Source: an uncultured Eubacteriales bacterium | GTDB lineage: Bacteria > Bacillota > Clostridia > Christensenellales > CAG-138 | Length of the DNA stretch: 62,719 nt | NCBI GenBank assembly: GCA_902797145.1 | Contig: CADBRR010000007.1 | Location: forward strand, 1 to 62,719 | Direction of reading: 5' to 3' | Shown here: one piece after another, positions 1-9,267 of the stretch | Layout of the letters: each line of letters starts with the position of its first letter | Numbering within the stretch: position 1 is the first letter of the stretch | Position numbers and translations under genes: made by a program | Notes under the pieces: generated by a model | Seen by the model: the letters and a program-made list of their open reading frames with translations, nothing else | What the model was told of the DNA's origin: nothing | Database searches by the model: none

Positions 1-156
1 CTGTTTAAGCTGTGCTATCTGTTCTTCATATTGCGTTATGCTTGTTCCGTTGCCTTTGAGTTCGGCTTTTTCCGCTGTCTTGAGTTCGTCTATAACCTTG
101 TCTGCAAGCTCATCTGAAAGCCCCAACGATACAAGCTTTTCCTTTTTGATGTTCAT
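1..156 (-). CDS. phage scaffold-like head protein, 5' part only (gene runs off window start)
   Basis: Minus-strand ATG at 154-156 preceded by GGAGGTGAAAGGAA. The frame is open to base 1. My translation is MNIKKEKLVSLGLSDELADKVIDELKTAEKAELKGNGTSITQYEEQIAQLKQ. The N-terminus is charged and helical, and the gene lies downstream of a head-morphogenesis gene. Confidence 0.45.
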   Translation of the reverse strand, partial: MNIKKEKLVSLGLSDELADKVIDELKTAEKAELKGNGTSITQYEEQIAQLKQ

Positions 157-283
157 TTCCTTTCACCTCCGTTATTTTCCATGTTACAAAACATGATATT
201 TTGTCATTTATCGCCTGACAAAAGGCAAAATAAAACAGCCCCGTATTTACGAAAGCTGCCTGTAAGTTGTAAGTCATGTCAAA

Positions 284-490
284 TTAGTTTTGGTCGTATA
301 CTTGATCATAAACCCTTTGCAACATGATTCCACTATCCGTTGGTTCATCATTGTTGCCTAACATTCCATCAATAATAACGTCATCTATAGCATCGAGTAT
401 GGCCTTAACATCATTTCCCTGTACTAGTTCATCTATTGATGGAACATATTTCCTCAATAACTCAATTTGCTCTTTTGTCACATTAATCAT
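284..490 (-). CDS. small hypothetical protein of the phage head module
   Basis: 68-aa ORF that starts 2 nt after the stop of the upstream head-morphogenesis gene, on the same strand. No recognisable motif. Confidence 0.4.
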   Translation of the reverse strand: MINVTKEQIELLRKYVPSIDELVQGNDVKAILDAIDDVIIDGMLGNNDEPTDSGIMLQRVYDQVYDQN

Positions 491-492
491 CG

Positions 493-1563
493 TTATTCTT
501 TGCCTTTCTTTTTTATTTGGTTTGCTTGTATGACATTTCCGGTATCAGGATTAACTGTTACCTCAATACCGTAGTTCCTATATTTTTGACTTCTGCCGTT
601 ACTTGATGCTCTTATAGGAAGAACCTCTGTATCTTCGCTCGTCAATGCAGATAGTATGTCATCAACAGTCACGCCATTTCTTCTCTGTTCAACCGAACCA
701 ATAATCCTTGCATACAAGTGTGCTGTATTTCCCATAATCTTTGTGCCACCGACTGTAGTTAGACCTATTAACTTTGTGTCAGCTTCGATGCAAATCTCTT
801 TAAATAAATCAAAATCAGCAAGTGTCGTTAGTTCTCCGATTTCTATTGAACGTTTATACTCCTTGAACAGACGCCAATCGTCGCTATATTTCAACTTCTG
901 AAAATCCTCAAAGTTTTTTGGTGCGTTACTTCCAAGTACTCCGATATATAGATCATATTGCTTTCTGTCCTCAGTTTCATTATACAATGCCTTACGGCGT
1001 AAGTCAATCGTGCCAACACCATATTTTTCTTCCTGCTCTTTCTTCCACTCCTCATACGTCATATTATCAGGCACATTATACTGCTCACCGGTTGTCGGAT
1101 CCCTTGCTATCCTATCTGCAAGCCCTTCCATATCCTCAAAATACGGAGCTGTACAGCACCTGCACCACGGGTGAAACGGCGGTGCTGTCGCACCGACCTC
1201 ATATTGGCTCATCTCGTACACTTTGCCGTCAAGGGCTGAACATATCTCACAGGTGTATTTATCGAGTGCACCGACTATCTCGTACCTTTCAAGACCGAGT
1301 TCCTTATAACAATCCTTTTGTGCTTCGGAAGCAAAGTATGCACTTTCAGTCATAATAACCCTGCTTGCGTTTAATCTTGTCGTATTAAACTGCTTTGCTA
1401 TCGTATCAATAGCCCTGCGAGGGGGCTCGCCTGTCGCAATCATTCGTGTAAGCTCACGGTTGACCGTTTCAACAAGTTTGTTTTTATCACTCCAACATCG
1501 AGCATTAAATTGAGTAAGTAAATGAAAATGGGATTGTTCGTCAACATACCCTCGATAATGCAA
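493..1563 (-). CDS. phage head morphogenesis protein (SPP1 gp7 / Mu F-like minor capsid protein), possibly N-terminally truncated
   Basis: MTESAYFASEAQ...YEIVGALDKYTCEICSALDGKVY...APPFHPWCRCC matches the Mu-F/gp7 core (D-x-x-T-C-x-x-C ... HP-x-CRC). The ORF begins at a TTG, with an in-frame stop 3 codons upstream. Confidence 0.8.
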   Translation of the reverse strand: MHYRGYVDEQSHFHLLTQFNARCWSDKNKLVETVNRELTRMIATGEPPRRAIDTIAKQFNTTRLNASRVIMTESAYFASEAQKDCYKELGLERYEIVGALDKYTCEICSALDGKVYEMSQYEVGATAPPFHPWCRCCTAPYFEDMEGLADRIARDPTTGEQYNVPDNMTYEEWKKEQEEKYGVGTIDLRRKALYNETEDRKQYDLYIGVLGSNAPKNFEDFQKLKYSDDWRLFKEYKRSIEIGELTTLADFDLFKEICIEADTKLIGLTTVGGTKIMGNTAHLYARIIGSVEQRRNGVTVDDILSALTSEDTEVLPIRASSNGRSQKYRNYGIEVTVNPDTGNVIQANQIKKKGKE

Positions 1564-1803
1564 GGCATACCTTCACTACTATGTGGAAAGAAAAGAAGCT
1601 CAACGAAGCAATGCGAAGAAAAATACAAGGTCATTCAGAACGAGGAATCGGATAAATAGTTTATACACATTATGAAATTGAAAAGCTCATAAAAGAACTG
1701 AACTGATTATAATATTCAAAATCGAGTACACATTTTTGTGTCTTGTGTGTTTTGCTTGTGTCTTGTAAGTGCAAATTTTGTGCAAAATCAAGAATTAAAA
1801 ACG

Positions 1804-1834
1804 CAAAAAACCCCGAAACATAGGCGTTTCGGGG
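1804..1834 (-). terminator. intrinsic terminator of rplM-rpsI
   Basis: CCCCGAAAC/GTTTCGGGG hairpin at 1811-1834. On the minus strand it is followed by TTTTTTGCGT, 20 nt after the rpsI stop. Confidence 0.7.
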
Positions 1835-1853
1835 TATGATAATTTTTGTAAAA

Positions 1854-2246
1854 TTATCTCTTTGAGAACTGAGGTGCACGACGAGCTGCTTTCAAGCCGT
1901 ACTTCTTTCTTTCCTTCATTCTCGGATCTCTTGTGAGGTATCCTGCCTTCTTGAGTGCACCACGCAATGAGGGGTCTGCAACCAAGAGTGCTCTTGATAT
2001 ACCATGACGAATTGCACCAGCCTGACCTGTTGTGCCACCGCCATATACGTTTACGAGTACATCGTACTTGCCCATTGTATCTGTAAGAACCAAAGGAGCA
2101 CGAACGATCATCTTGAGTGTTTCGATACCGAAATAGTTTTCAAGATCTCTTCTATTGATAATGATGTTACCTGTGCCGGGAATCAAACGAACACGAGCAA
2201 CTGACTTTTTACGTCTGCCTGTACCTGAATACTGAACTGTAGCCAT
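1854..2246 (-). CDS. rpsI: 30S ribosomal protein S9
   Basis: 130 aa. [14 protein letters not shown] near the N-terminus and [12 protein letters not shown] at the C-terminus. Directly downstream of rplM. Confidence 0.97.
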   Translation of the reverse strand: MATVQYSGTGRRKKSVARVRLIPGTGNIIINRRDLENYFGIETLKMIVRAPLVLTDTMGKYDVLVNVYGGGTTGQAGAIRHGISRALLVADPSLRGALKKAGYLTRDPRMKERKKYGLKAARRAPQFSKR

Positions 2247-2267
2247 TTTCGTTATTCTCCTTCCTGA

Positions 2268-2699
2268 TTATTTGAGCACCAATACTTCGGGCTTCTGAGC
2301 TTCATGATCATGCTCTGTGCCACGATATATACGAACCTTCTTGAGCATCTGTCTGCCGAGCGGTCCCTTAGGCATCATACGACGGATTGCTTCATATACT
2401 GCAAATTCGGGCTTTGTGTTGAGCAATGTACGATAATCAATTTCTCTCAATCCTCCCGGATATCCTGTATGATGATAATAATTCTTCTTATCAAGCTTTT
2501 TGCCTGTCAAAATTACTTTATCTGCATTAAGTATTATAACATGATCGCCTGTATCAACGTGTGGTGTAAATATCGGCTTATTCTTTCCTCTGAGAATAGC
2601 AGCTACTTGTGAAGCAAGACGGCCAAGAACCATGCCTTCTGCATCTACAACATACCACTTGCGTTCAACAGTTTCTTTTTTAGCCATATAAGTCTTCAT
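2268..2699 (-). CDS. rplM: 50S ribosomal protein L13
   Basis: 143 aa. [20 protein letters not shown]...[22 protein letters not shown] is the uL13 signature. Confidence 0.97.
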   Translation of the reverse strand: MKTYMAKKETVERKWYVVDAEGMVLGRLASQVAAILRGKNKPIFTPHVDTGDHVIILNADKVILTGKKLDKKNYYHHTGYPGGLREIDYRTLLNTKPEFAVYEAIRRMMPKGPLGRQMLKKVRIYRGTEHDHEAQKPEVLVLK

Positions 2700-3013
2700 G
2701 GCATTTCCTCCTATTTTACCGCAAAATAATATTATTTTTGTTTTGTATTTTTTAGTAGCTTATGATACAATAAACGTGTATGCTTCCGGGGCAGGCCGCT
2801 CTACACCAATCGTATTAAAAGTACAACATTGATATTTTAATTGATAAATCAATTATTGTCAATACATTTTATGAATTTTAAAGAAATTTTTTTGTTTTTT
2901 TACTGTTTTATCCTAAAAATACTTATTTTACTTGATATTTTCCGCAAGAGTCATTATAATAAGCATTATTGAGTTTGAAATAAACTTAAAATTTCCGACA
3001 GGAGCAGAAATTT

Positions 3014-3601
3014 ATGAAAAAAACTATAGCAATTTTAATCACACTTTGTGTGCTTTTCAGCCTCGTTGCAGGCTGCACGCCCAAAGAGGAAGAGCCTGTA
3101 AAATATGGCGATTTCGGTTTATTCACGACAACCGATATTTACGGCAATGCCGTAACGCAGGAAGATTTCCGTGGAAAGCGTGTCATGTTCACGATGTGGG
3201 ATACATCGCTCGACGGTATTGACAAGTACATAGGTATTCTCCAGCAGCTCAGCGATGAATATGCTCAGAAGAACATGATAGTTGTTTCGCTCATCATTGA
3301 TGCCATCAACCCTGATACATTAGAAATCAAGCAAGATGTAGTTGACGAAGCAAAGCGCCTTATGGAAGAAAACGGCGGCAGATTTATGGTAATAGTTCCT
3401 ACAAAAGGAATGCTTGAAGGTCTTATTAAGGAAATTGAATACACCCCCTCCACTTTCTTTATAGAAACTGACGGAACATATCTTTCGGATATGTATGTAA
3501 GGGGTTACGGTTTTGAAACATGGAAGATGCTTATTGAAGATGACGTATTCAATCATAAGGCATTCAGCGATGAAAATCCCAACCATACTCCTGAAAACTG
3601 A
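3014..3601 (+). CDS. lipoprotein with thioredoxin/redoxin-like (TlpA-type) fold lacking the CxxC active site
   Basis: Signal peptide plus lipobox LVAGC. FRGKRVMFTMWDTSLDG...NMIVVSLIID follows the F-x-GK-x-v-FWATWCxPC pattern, but the cysteines are replaced by DTSL. Confidence 0.55.
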   Translation: MKKTIAILITLCVLFSLVAGCTPKEEEPVKYGDFGLFTTTDIYGNAVTQEDFRGKRVMFTMWDTSLDGIDKYIGILQQLSDEYAQKNMIVVSLIIDAINPDTLEIKQDVVDEAKRLMEENGGRFMVIVPTKGMLEGLIKEIEYTPSTFFIETDGTYLSDMYVRGYGFETWKMLIEDDVFNHKAFSDENPNHTPEN

Positions 3602-3653
3602 GTATCAATATTTCAAAACTGCATATAATAGTATTATAATCTGAAAGGAAGAT

Positions 3654-4550
3654 ATGGAAATGAAGAAAATATTAAGCAAAACAATTTCTGCTTTTCTTGC
3701 GTTCATTATGTGTACAATGCTTATTTCATCAGGTGCATTTGCGCTTGACGCAGGAGAAAAGCGTGTTGCAATGGGTGCTGACCTTCCGCAGAGTGAACGT
3801 AATGCGATATATTCAAGGTTCGGCATAAATTATGGTGATGTCAAGGAAATTCAGGTAACGAACAAAGAAGAGCGTGAATATCTCGAAGGACTTGTATCCG
3901 AGAGCAAAATTGGTAATGTTGCGCTTTCATGCGTATATATAGAAACGCTTGAAGAGGGAAAGGGCATTGACCTATCTGTTCACAACATAAAGTGGTGCAC
4001 AGAAGATATGTACAAAAATGCGATGATAACGGCTGGAATAACAGATGCACGAGTTATGGTAGATGCTCCCCACCCTGTTACAGGAACTGCTGCCCTTACA
4101 GGAATGTACAAGGCGTACGAGGACATAACAGGCAAAAAACTTGATGAGAACGCAAAGCAGGTAGGCACAGAGGAGCTTGTTGTAACAGGTGAACTTGCAG
4201 ATTACATTGGAAGCGAAGATGCAACAAAGCTTATCACCGAGCTAAAAAAAATACTTGATGTTACAAAGGATATGACCGATGATGAAGTTCGCAGCGAGAT
4301 TCGCAAGCTTGCAAAAGAATACAACATTGAGCTTACGGACTTGCAGGTTGACAAGCTTTTAGAACTTTGCAGAAGCCTTGAAGGTCTTAATGTAGATGAA
4401 TTAAGACAGAGAATAAATGATTTAGCAAACACAGTTAAGAAGGCATCAACAATAGGTGAAGCAATATCAAAGTTTGCTGAAAGTGTAAAGAATTTCTTCG
4501 TATCAATTGGAGAATTCTTTTCAAAGCTTTTCGGCGGTGGAGACGACTAA
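3654..4550 (+). CDS. secreted DUF1002-like (YpuA-like) protein
   Basis: N-terminal signal peptide. GADLPQSERNAIYSRFGI...VTNKEEREYLEG...SCVYIE...PVTGTAALTGMYKAYE resembles DUF1002 proteins as I recall them. Helical C-terminus. Confidence 0.5.
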   Translation: MEMKKILSKTISAFLAFIMCTMLISSGAFALDAGEKRVAMGADLPQSERNAIYSRFGINYGDVKEIQVTNKEEREYLEGLVSESKIGNVALSCVYIETLEEGKGIDLSVHNIKWCTEDMYKNAMITAGITDARVMVDAPHPVTGTAALTGMYKAYEDITGKKLDENAKQVGTEELVVTGELADYIGSEDATKLITELKKILDVTKDMTDDEVRSEIRKLAKEYNIELTDLQVDKLLELCRSLEGLNVDELRQRINDLANTVKKASTIGEAISKFAESVKNFFVSIGEFFSKLFGGGDD

Positions 4551-4682
4551 ATTAAGATTTTAAAAAATTATGCGGTGGCATTTATATGTCGCTGCATTTT
4601 ATTATATATTATGTTTTTTCTTTACAAAACCCAATATGATGATTTATTATATAATTAAATAAATATGAAAGGAAATAAACAT

Positions 4683-6371
4683 ATGGTTTTCAGCGAATTT
4701 GAATACAAGCGTCCTAACATAAAGGATTTTTCGGACAAAGTAGATGTACTTGTTGCAAAAATCAACAATGCAAAAGCATTCGATGAAGTTAAAGATGCAA
4801 TTTATGAAATGAACAAAATAACAAAGGCTATGATGACAGACCTTGAAATAGGCGGAATAAGATATACGCTCAACACAAACGATGAGTTCTATGCGCAGGA
4901 GCAAGATTTTATAGACGAGAACGCTCCTCTTATTGATGAAATTGGCGTAAGATTTGCAAAGGCTGTTGTTGACTCAAAATTTCAAGAAGAAATAAGTAAG
5001 GAATTTGGAAAACAATATATTCGTCTTTCAAAGAACACAGTTGACAGATTTGCTCCCGAACTCATTCCGTTCAAGCAGGAAGAAAACAAGCTTTCAAGCG
5101 AGTATCAGAAGCTCGTTGCATCGTGCAATGTAGATTTCAATGGTGAAAAGTGCAACATTTACGGATTACTCAAGCACATGCAGGATCCCGATAGAAGCAT
5201 AAGAAAGCTTGCATTTGAAAAGTGGGCAGGATTCTTTGCAGAGAACGAAGAAAAGCTCGATGAGATTTATGACAAGCTCGTTCATCTTCGCGATAAGATG
5301 GGCAAGGCGCTCGGATTTGAAAACTTTGTACCGCTCGGATACATGAACATGGGCAGGCTCGATTACACACCCGAACAAGTTGGCGTATTCCGTGAACAGG
5401 TTCGCAAGTACATCGTACCTGTATGCGCAGAATTGAGAGAGCGTCAGGCAAAGAAAATCGGTGTTGACAAGCTCAAATATTATGACGAAGGATTCATGTA
5501 CACAGACGGCAACGCAATGCCTATTGGCGACAGAGAATTCCTCGTTGGCTGCGCACAGAAAATGTACAATGAATTGAGCGAAGATACAGGCAAGTTCTTC
5601 AAGTATATGGTTGATACACAATTGTTGGAGCTGGACACAAAGCCCGGCAAAGCAGTAGGCGGTTACTGCACATTTATCCCCGATTACAATTCACCGTTCA
5701 TTTTCTCGAACTTCAACGGAACATCGGCTGATGTTGACGTATTGACACACGAAGCAGGCCATGCATTTATGTCATATTGTTCTGCAAGGCACAATGAGCT
5801 TTATGATTATTTGTTCAGCACAAACGAAGTAAACGAGATTCATTCAATGAGTATGGAATTCTTTGCACATCCTTGGATGGAATTGTTCTTTGGTGATGCA
5901 GCAGACAAGTATCGTTATGCGCATACAGCAGACAGCCTTGAATTTGTTCCTTATGGCGTTTGCGTTGATGAGTTCCAAGAAAAGGTTTATTCAAACCCGG
6001 ACCTCACACCGAAGCAGAGAAAAGAACTTTGGCATGAGCTTGAACAGAAATATCTTCCCACAAGGGATTTCGATGGCAACGAATTTATGGAAAACGGTGG
6101 TTTCTGGCAGAAACAGTCACATATCTTCCTAAATCCGTTCTATTACATCGACTATACTCTCGCTTCAATGGGCGCATTCGAGTTCTATGGCAAGATGAAA
6201 AAGGACAGAAATTCGGCATGGACAGATTATGTAAATCTCTGTAATGCTGGCGGTTCACTCCCCTATCTTGAATTGCTCTCGCTTGCTAACCTTTCAAATC
6301 CGTTTGAAGAAGGCAGCGTTGAAAAGGCTATTTCAAGCCTCGTAGAAGATTTAAACAATTCTGACTATTAA
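4683..6371 (+). CDS. M3B family oligoendopeptidase (PepF-like)
   Basis: HEAGHAF zinc motif and an MVFSEFEYKRPN N-terminus typical of the family. The ATG at 4683 has GAAAGGA 9 nt upstream. The ORF-track ATG at 4665 has no SD. Confidence 0.85.
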   Translation: MVFSEFEYKRPNIKDFSDKVDVLVAKINNAKAFDEVKDAIYEMNKITKAMMTDLEIGGIRYTLNTNDEFYAQEQDFIDENAPLIDEIGVRFAKAVVDSKFQEEISKEFGKQYIRLSKNTVDRFAPELIPFKQEENKLSSEYQKLVASCNVDFNGEKCNIYGLLKHMQDPDRSIRKLAFEKWAGFFAENEEKLDEIYDKLVHLRDKMGKALGFENFVPLGYMNMGRLDYTPEQVGVFREQVRKYIVPVCAELRERQAKKIGVDKLKYYDEGFMYTDGNAMPIGDREFLVGCAQKMYNELSEDTGKFFKYMVDTQLLELDTKPGKAVGGYCTFIPDYNSPFIFSNFNGTSADVDVLTHEAGHAFMSYCSARHNELYDYLFSTNEVNEIHSMSMEFFAHPWMELFFGDAADKYRYAHTADSLEFVPYGVCVDEFQEKVYSNPDLTPKQRKELWHELEQKYLPTRDFDGNEFMENGGFWQKQSHIFLNPFYYIDYTLASMGAFEFYGKMKKDRNSAWTDYVNLCNAGGSLPYLELLSLANLSNPFEEGSVEKAISSLVEDLNNSDY

Positions 6372-6392
6372 AACTTAAAAAATATAAAAACT

Positions 6393-6424
6393 GGGTCGCA
6401 CGAAATCGTACGGCCCTTTATTGT
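6393..6424. terminator. bidirectional hairpin between convergent pepF-like and prsA-like genes
   Basis: GGGTCGCACG-AAAT-CGTACGGCCC (one mismatch, one G-U) followed by TTTATTG. Located between the stops at 6371 and 6436. Confidence 0.55.
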
Positions 6425-6435
6425 TCGTATTAAAT

Positions 6436-7689
6436 TTATCTGCCAACGAATCTTACAAGTGAATCATTCCTTGAAATCTTGAATGAATTTTTCCACTCTT
6501 CAACCTGATTGTTATAAGCTGTTGACTTTTTGTCATCAGTTACCTGTGTTTCGATTTCTTTCTTAACATCTTCATCAAGTGCAACTTCGCCTTCAGTTAC
6601 CTTTGAAACGAGCATAATGAAGTGAGTACCCTTATCGCTCTTTACTGCTGATGAAACATCGCCAATGTTTCTAAGTGCAAGACCAGCCTTTGAGAACTGT
6701 TCATAATAATCAGCTGCATTGTATTCGCTGAGCAAATACCCCTTTTCCTTATAAGGATCTCTTGTCATACCCGGATCTTCGTTGTACTGTTCAATGAGCT
6801 TATCAAATTCAGCTTCGTTGAGGTTGCCTGCTTCCTTGAGTGCATCTATTGCAGCAGCAACTTCTTGAACCTTTTCTTCAGGTGTCTTTGCTGCTTCGCC
6901 ATCTTCGCCTGTTTCTGTCTGTTCAGCTTCATCATTGATAAAAATGTGCTTTACATATACATAACCCTTAGGAGCATAGAGAGGACGAACGCCACCATCC
7001 TGCAAATATGCTGACATATCTGTAGCATAGTTAGCAGGTGTTGCTTCATAGTTTGTCTTATCTGCTGTAAGGAGCTTATCGTATGCTTCCTTAATCTCTT
7101 CATCATTTGCAGCGATACCTTCTGTAACAACATTATAAACCTTTTCAATTATTGCGTCCTTTGTGAACTCGTCCTTGAGCATCTTCTTATAAGAATCAAG
7201 AGTGTAAGTTGTATTCTTCTTAAGATAATCGCCAAAGAGTTCGAGTGACTTTGCCTTGATTTCAGCTTCATCCGTAATTGATGAATCAACAAGTGTTTTA
7301 TAGTAGTTTGATGCGCTGTCAAGTTCTGACTCAACCTTCTTATCAACTTCTGCAACTTCTTCGTCTGTAAGCTTGAACTTATCGTCCTGTGATGCTGCAT
7401 AAAGTATAACGCCCTTATTTATAAGCTCGTCCATAACTTTTGACTGGAATTCAGCAAGTGCTTCTGCATTAACAGTTCCATCCTGATTAGTAACATTGTA
7501 CTGACCCATCTGTTGATATGTTGACTGCATATTACTGAAAATAGTTTGATACTCACTCAAAGTAAGTTTAACATTACCTACCTGCGCAACGACAGGATCC
7601 GTATTTCTTCCGCTGCATCCTGCAAAGGCAGCCATAAGCATTACTGCTACGAGAGTCAATGCAAGAATCTTAGTGATTTTCTTTGTCAT
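6436..7689 (-). CDS. PrsA/SurA-like peptidyl-prolyl isomerase lipoprotein
   Basis: Lipobox FAGCSG. Long helical SurA-N-like region, then a parvulin-like C-terminal part (GDVSSAVKSDKGTHFIMLV). Confidence 0.7.
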   Translation of the reverse strand: MTKKITKILALTLVAVMLMAAFAGCSGRNTDPVVAQVGNVKLTLSEYQTIFSNMQSTYQQMGQYNVTNQDGTVNAEALAEFQSKVMDELINKGVILYAASQDDKFKLTDEEVAEVDKKVESELDSASNYYKTLVDSSITDEAEIKAKSLELFGDYLKKNTTYTLDSYKKMLKDEFTKDAIIEKVYNVVTEGIAANDEEIKEAYDKLLTADKTNYEATPANYATDMSAYLQDGGVRPLYAPKGYVYVKHIFINDEAEQTETGEDGEAAKTPEEKVQEVAAAIDALKEAGNLNEAEFDKLIEQYNEDPGMTRDPYKEKGYLLSEYNAADYYEQFSKAGLALRNIGDVSSAVKSDKGTHFIMLVSKVTEGEVALDEDVKKEIETQVTDDKKSTAYNNQVEEWKNSFKISRNDSLVRFVGR

Positions 7690-7808
7690 TTTAGAAACTC
7701 CTTTTTAATTTTAAAATCGTTCCTTAATATTTTATAACTTATAATGCAATTTGTCAATCGTAAACTAAATACTATTGAAAGTTTATATTCATAAAATTAA
7801 TATAATGT

Positions 7809-7837
7809 TTGGCAAAATCAATATTTTGGTGTATAAT
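7809..7837 (+). promoter_or_regulatory. candidate sigma-A promoter of buk
   Basis: TTGGCA (7809-7814), a 17-nt spacer, then TATAAT (7832-7837), about 30 nt upstream of the AAGGAG SD of buk. Confidence 0.45.
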
Positions 7838-7869
7838 GGATATACAATCACTTTAAGGAGTTAGGAACA

Positions 7870-8949
7870 ATGGAAAAAATCTATCGTATTCTCACAATTA
7901 ACCCCGGCTCAACATCAACAAAAGTCGGCGTTTTTGAAAACGATACACAGATATGTGAAGTCGTTACACGTCATTCAAAGGAAGAACTTGACAAGTTTGA
8001 TTCAAACATAGCTCAAAAGGGTATGCGCCTTGAACTCGTTGTAAAGGCACTTGAAGAAAAGAACATAAAGCTCGATGAAATTGATGCTTTCGTTGGACGT
8101 GGCGGTATAGTAGCTCCGCTCGAAAGCGGCGTATACGCAGTAGGCGAAAAGCTTCTTTATGACCTTGAACATTCACAGGCACAGTATCACGCTTCATGCC
8201 TTGGCGGACTTATCGCTCATGAACTCGGTGAAAAGTATGGTAAACCCTCATTTATCGTTGACCCTGTTGTTGTAAACGAAAGAATACCCTATATGAATCT
8301 TTCAGGACTTCCCCAGTGTGAAAGAGCTTGTGTATGGCACGCACTTAACCACAAAGCTATCGCACGCAAATGCGCACAGGATATGGGCAAAAAATATGAA
8401 GATTGCCGTTTCGTAATTGCGCATATGGGCGGCGGTGTTTCGGTTGCAGCTCATGCAAACGGAAGAGCTATTGATGTTCAGGACGGTTTCAACGGCGAAG
8501 GTTCATTCTCACCCGAACGCTGCGGTGCTATCCAAGTACATAGCCTTGTTACAATGTGCTTCTCAGGGAAATATACAGAAGCTGAAATGAACGCATTTGC
8601 GAACAAGAACGGCGGTATTGCTGCACACCTTGGAACAAAGGATTTCATGGAAGTTGAAAGACGAGTTCTTGCCGGCGAAGAAAAGGCTACAATGGTATTT
8701 AACGCAATGGCTGCACAGCTTTCAAAGGATATAGGCGCAATGGCTGCTATGCTTGAAGGCGATGTAGATGCAGTTGTTCTTACAGGCGGTCTTGCTTACT
8801 CAAAGCCGTTCGTAGAACTCATTACAAAGAGAGTAAAGTTCATAGCTCCTGTTAAAGTTTATGCAGGTGAAGATGAACTTCGTGCGCTCGCACAGGGCGG
8901 TCTTCGTGTTTTGAGAGGCGAAGAACAAGCTAAAGAATATAAGGGCTAA
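7870..8949 (+). CDS. buk: butyrate kinase
   Basis: 359 aa. YRILTINPGSTSTKVGVFEND N-terminus and acetate/butyrate kinase fold motifs (IAHMGGGVSV, VLTGGLAYS). Confidence 0.9.
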   Translation: MEKIYRILTINPGSTSTKVGVFENDTQICEVVTRHSKEELDKFDSNIAQKGMRLELVVKALEEKNIKLDEIDAFVGRGGIVAPLESGVYAVGEKLLYDLEHSQAQYHASCLGGLIAHELGEKYGKPSFIVDPVVVNERIPYMNLSGLPQCERACVWHALNHKAIARKCAQDMGKKYEDCRFVIAHMGGGVSVAAHANGRAIDVQDGFNGEGSFSPERCGAIQVHSLVTMCFSGKYTEAEMNAFANKNGGIAAHLGTKDFMEVERRVLAGEEKATMVFNAMAAQLSKDIGAMAAMLEGDVDAVVLTGGLAYSKPFVELITKRVKFIAPVKVYAGEDELRALAQGGLRVLRGEEQAKEYKG

Positions 8950-8973
8950 TTTATAAGTTAATAATAAAAAAAC

Positions 8974-9000
8974 GAGCAAGGCTTCTATTCGAGCCTTGCT
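8974..9000 (+). repeat. left copy of 27-bp direct repeat (terminator hairpin, att-like)
   Basis: GAGCAAGGCTTCTATTCGAGCCTTGCT, identical to 14650-14676. Contains the stem GAGCAAGGC/GCCTTGCTC. This copy lacks a following T-run. Confidence 0.9.
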
Positions 9001-9206
9001 CAGACTTGTAAAATTTGATTTAACTTTTCGAGAAACACTCCCAAATCTTTTTAATTGTTTTTCCCCTCATATAAGTAACAAATCAAAATCAAAAATTGCA
9101 ACCATTTCCCGAAATAATTTTCTCATATACTAATACCCTTGCAAAATTGAAAATGCAAAAACTGCAAAGAGATTTTTGGCATAATATACAAATATTTTTT
9201 AAACTC

Positions 9207-9235
9207 TTGACTTTGTCAGTACCGTCGAATATAAT
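9207..9235 (+). promoter_or_regulatory. near-consensus sigma-A promoter of the island operon
   Basis: TTGACT (9207-9212), a 17-nt spacer, then TATAAT (9230-9235). The palindrome TGAC-TTT-GTCA overlaps the -35 element. Confidence 0.6.
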
Positions 9236-9267
9236 ATAAAATGAATTATATTGTTGGAATGAATTGT

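Noticed and set aside
918-1355. 145-aa plus-strand ORF within the phage gp7-like gene
   Set aside because: It is antisense to a gene with clear Mu-F/gp7 motifs. Its translation is His/Ser/Pro/Tyr-rich nonsense.
2700-2830. Possible L13 ribosomal-protein leader upstream of rplM
   Set aside because: A GC-richer patch (GGTGTAGAGCGGCCTGCCCCGGAAGC on the minus strand) exists. I could not recognise a defined conserved structure by eye. A covariance-model search is needed, so it is not reported as a feature.
9140-9169. Three TGCAAA(A/G) repeats upstream of the island promoter as a regulatory array
   Set aside because: The repeats are short, AT-rich and irregularly spaced (14 and 9 nt). They could easily arise by chance in roughly 25 percent G+C DNA. 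They are mentioned only as context.
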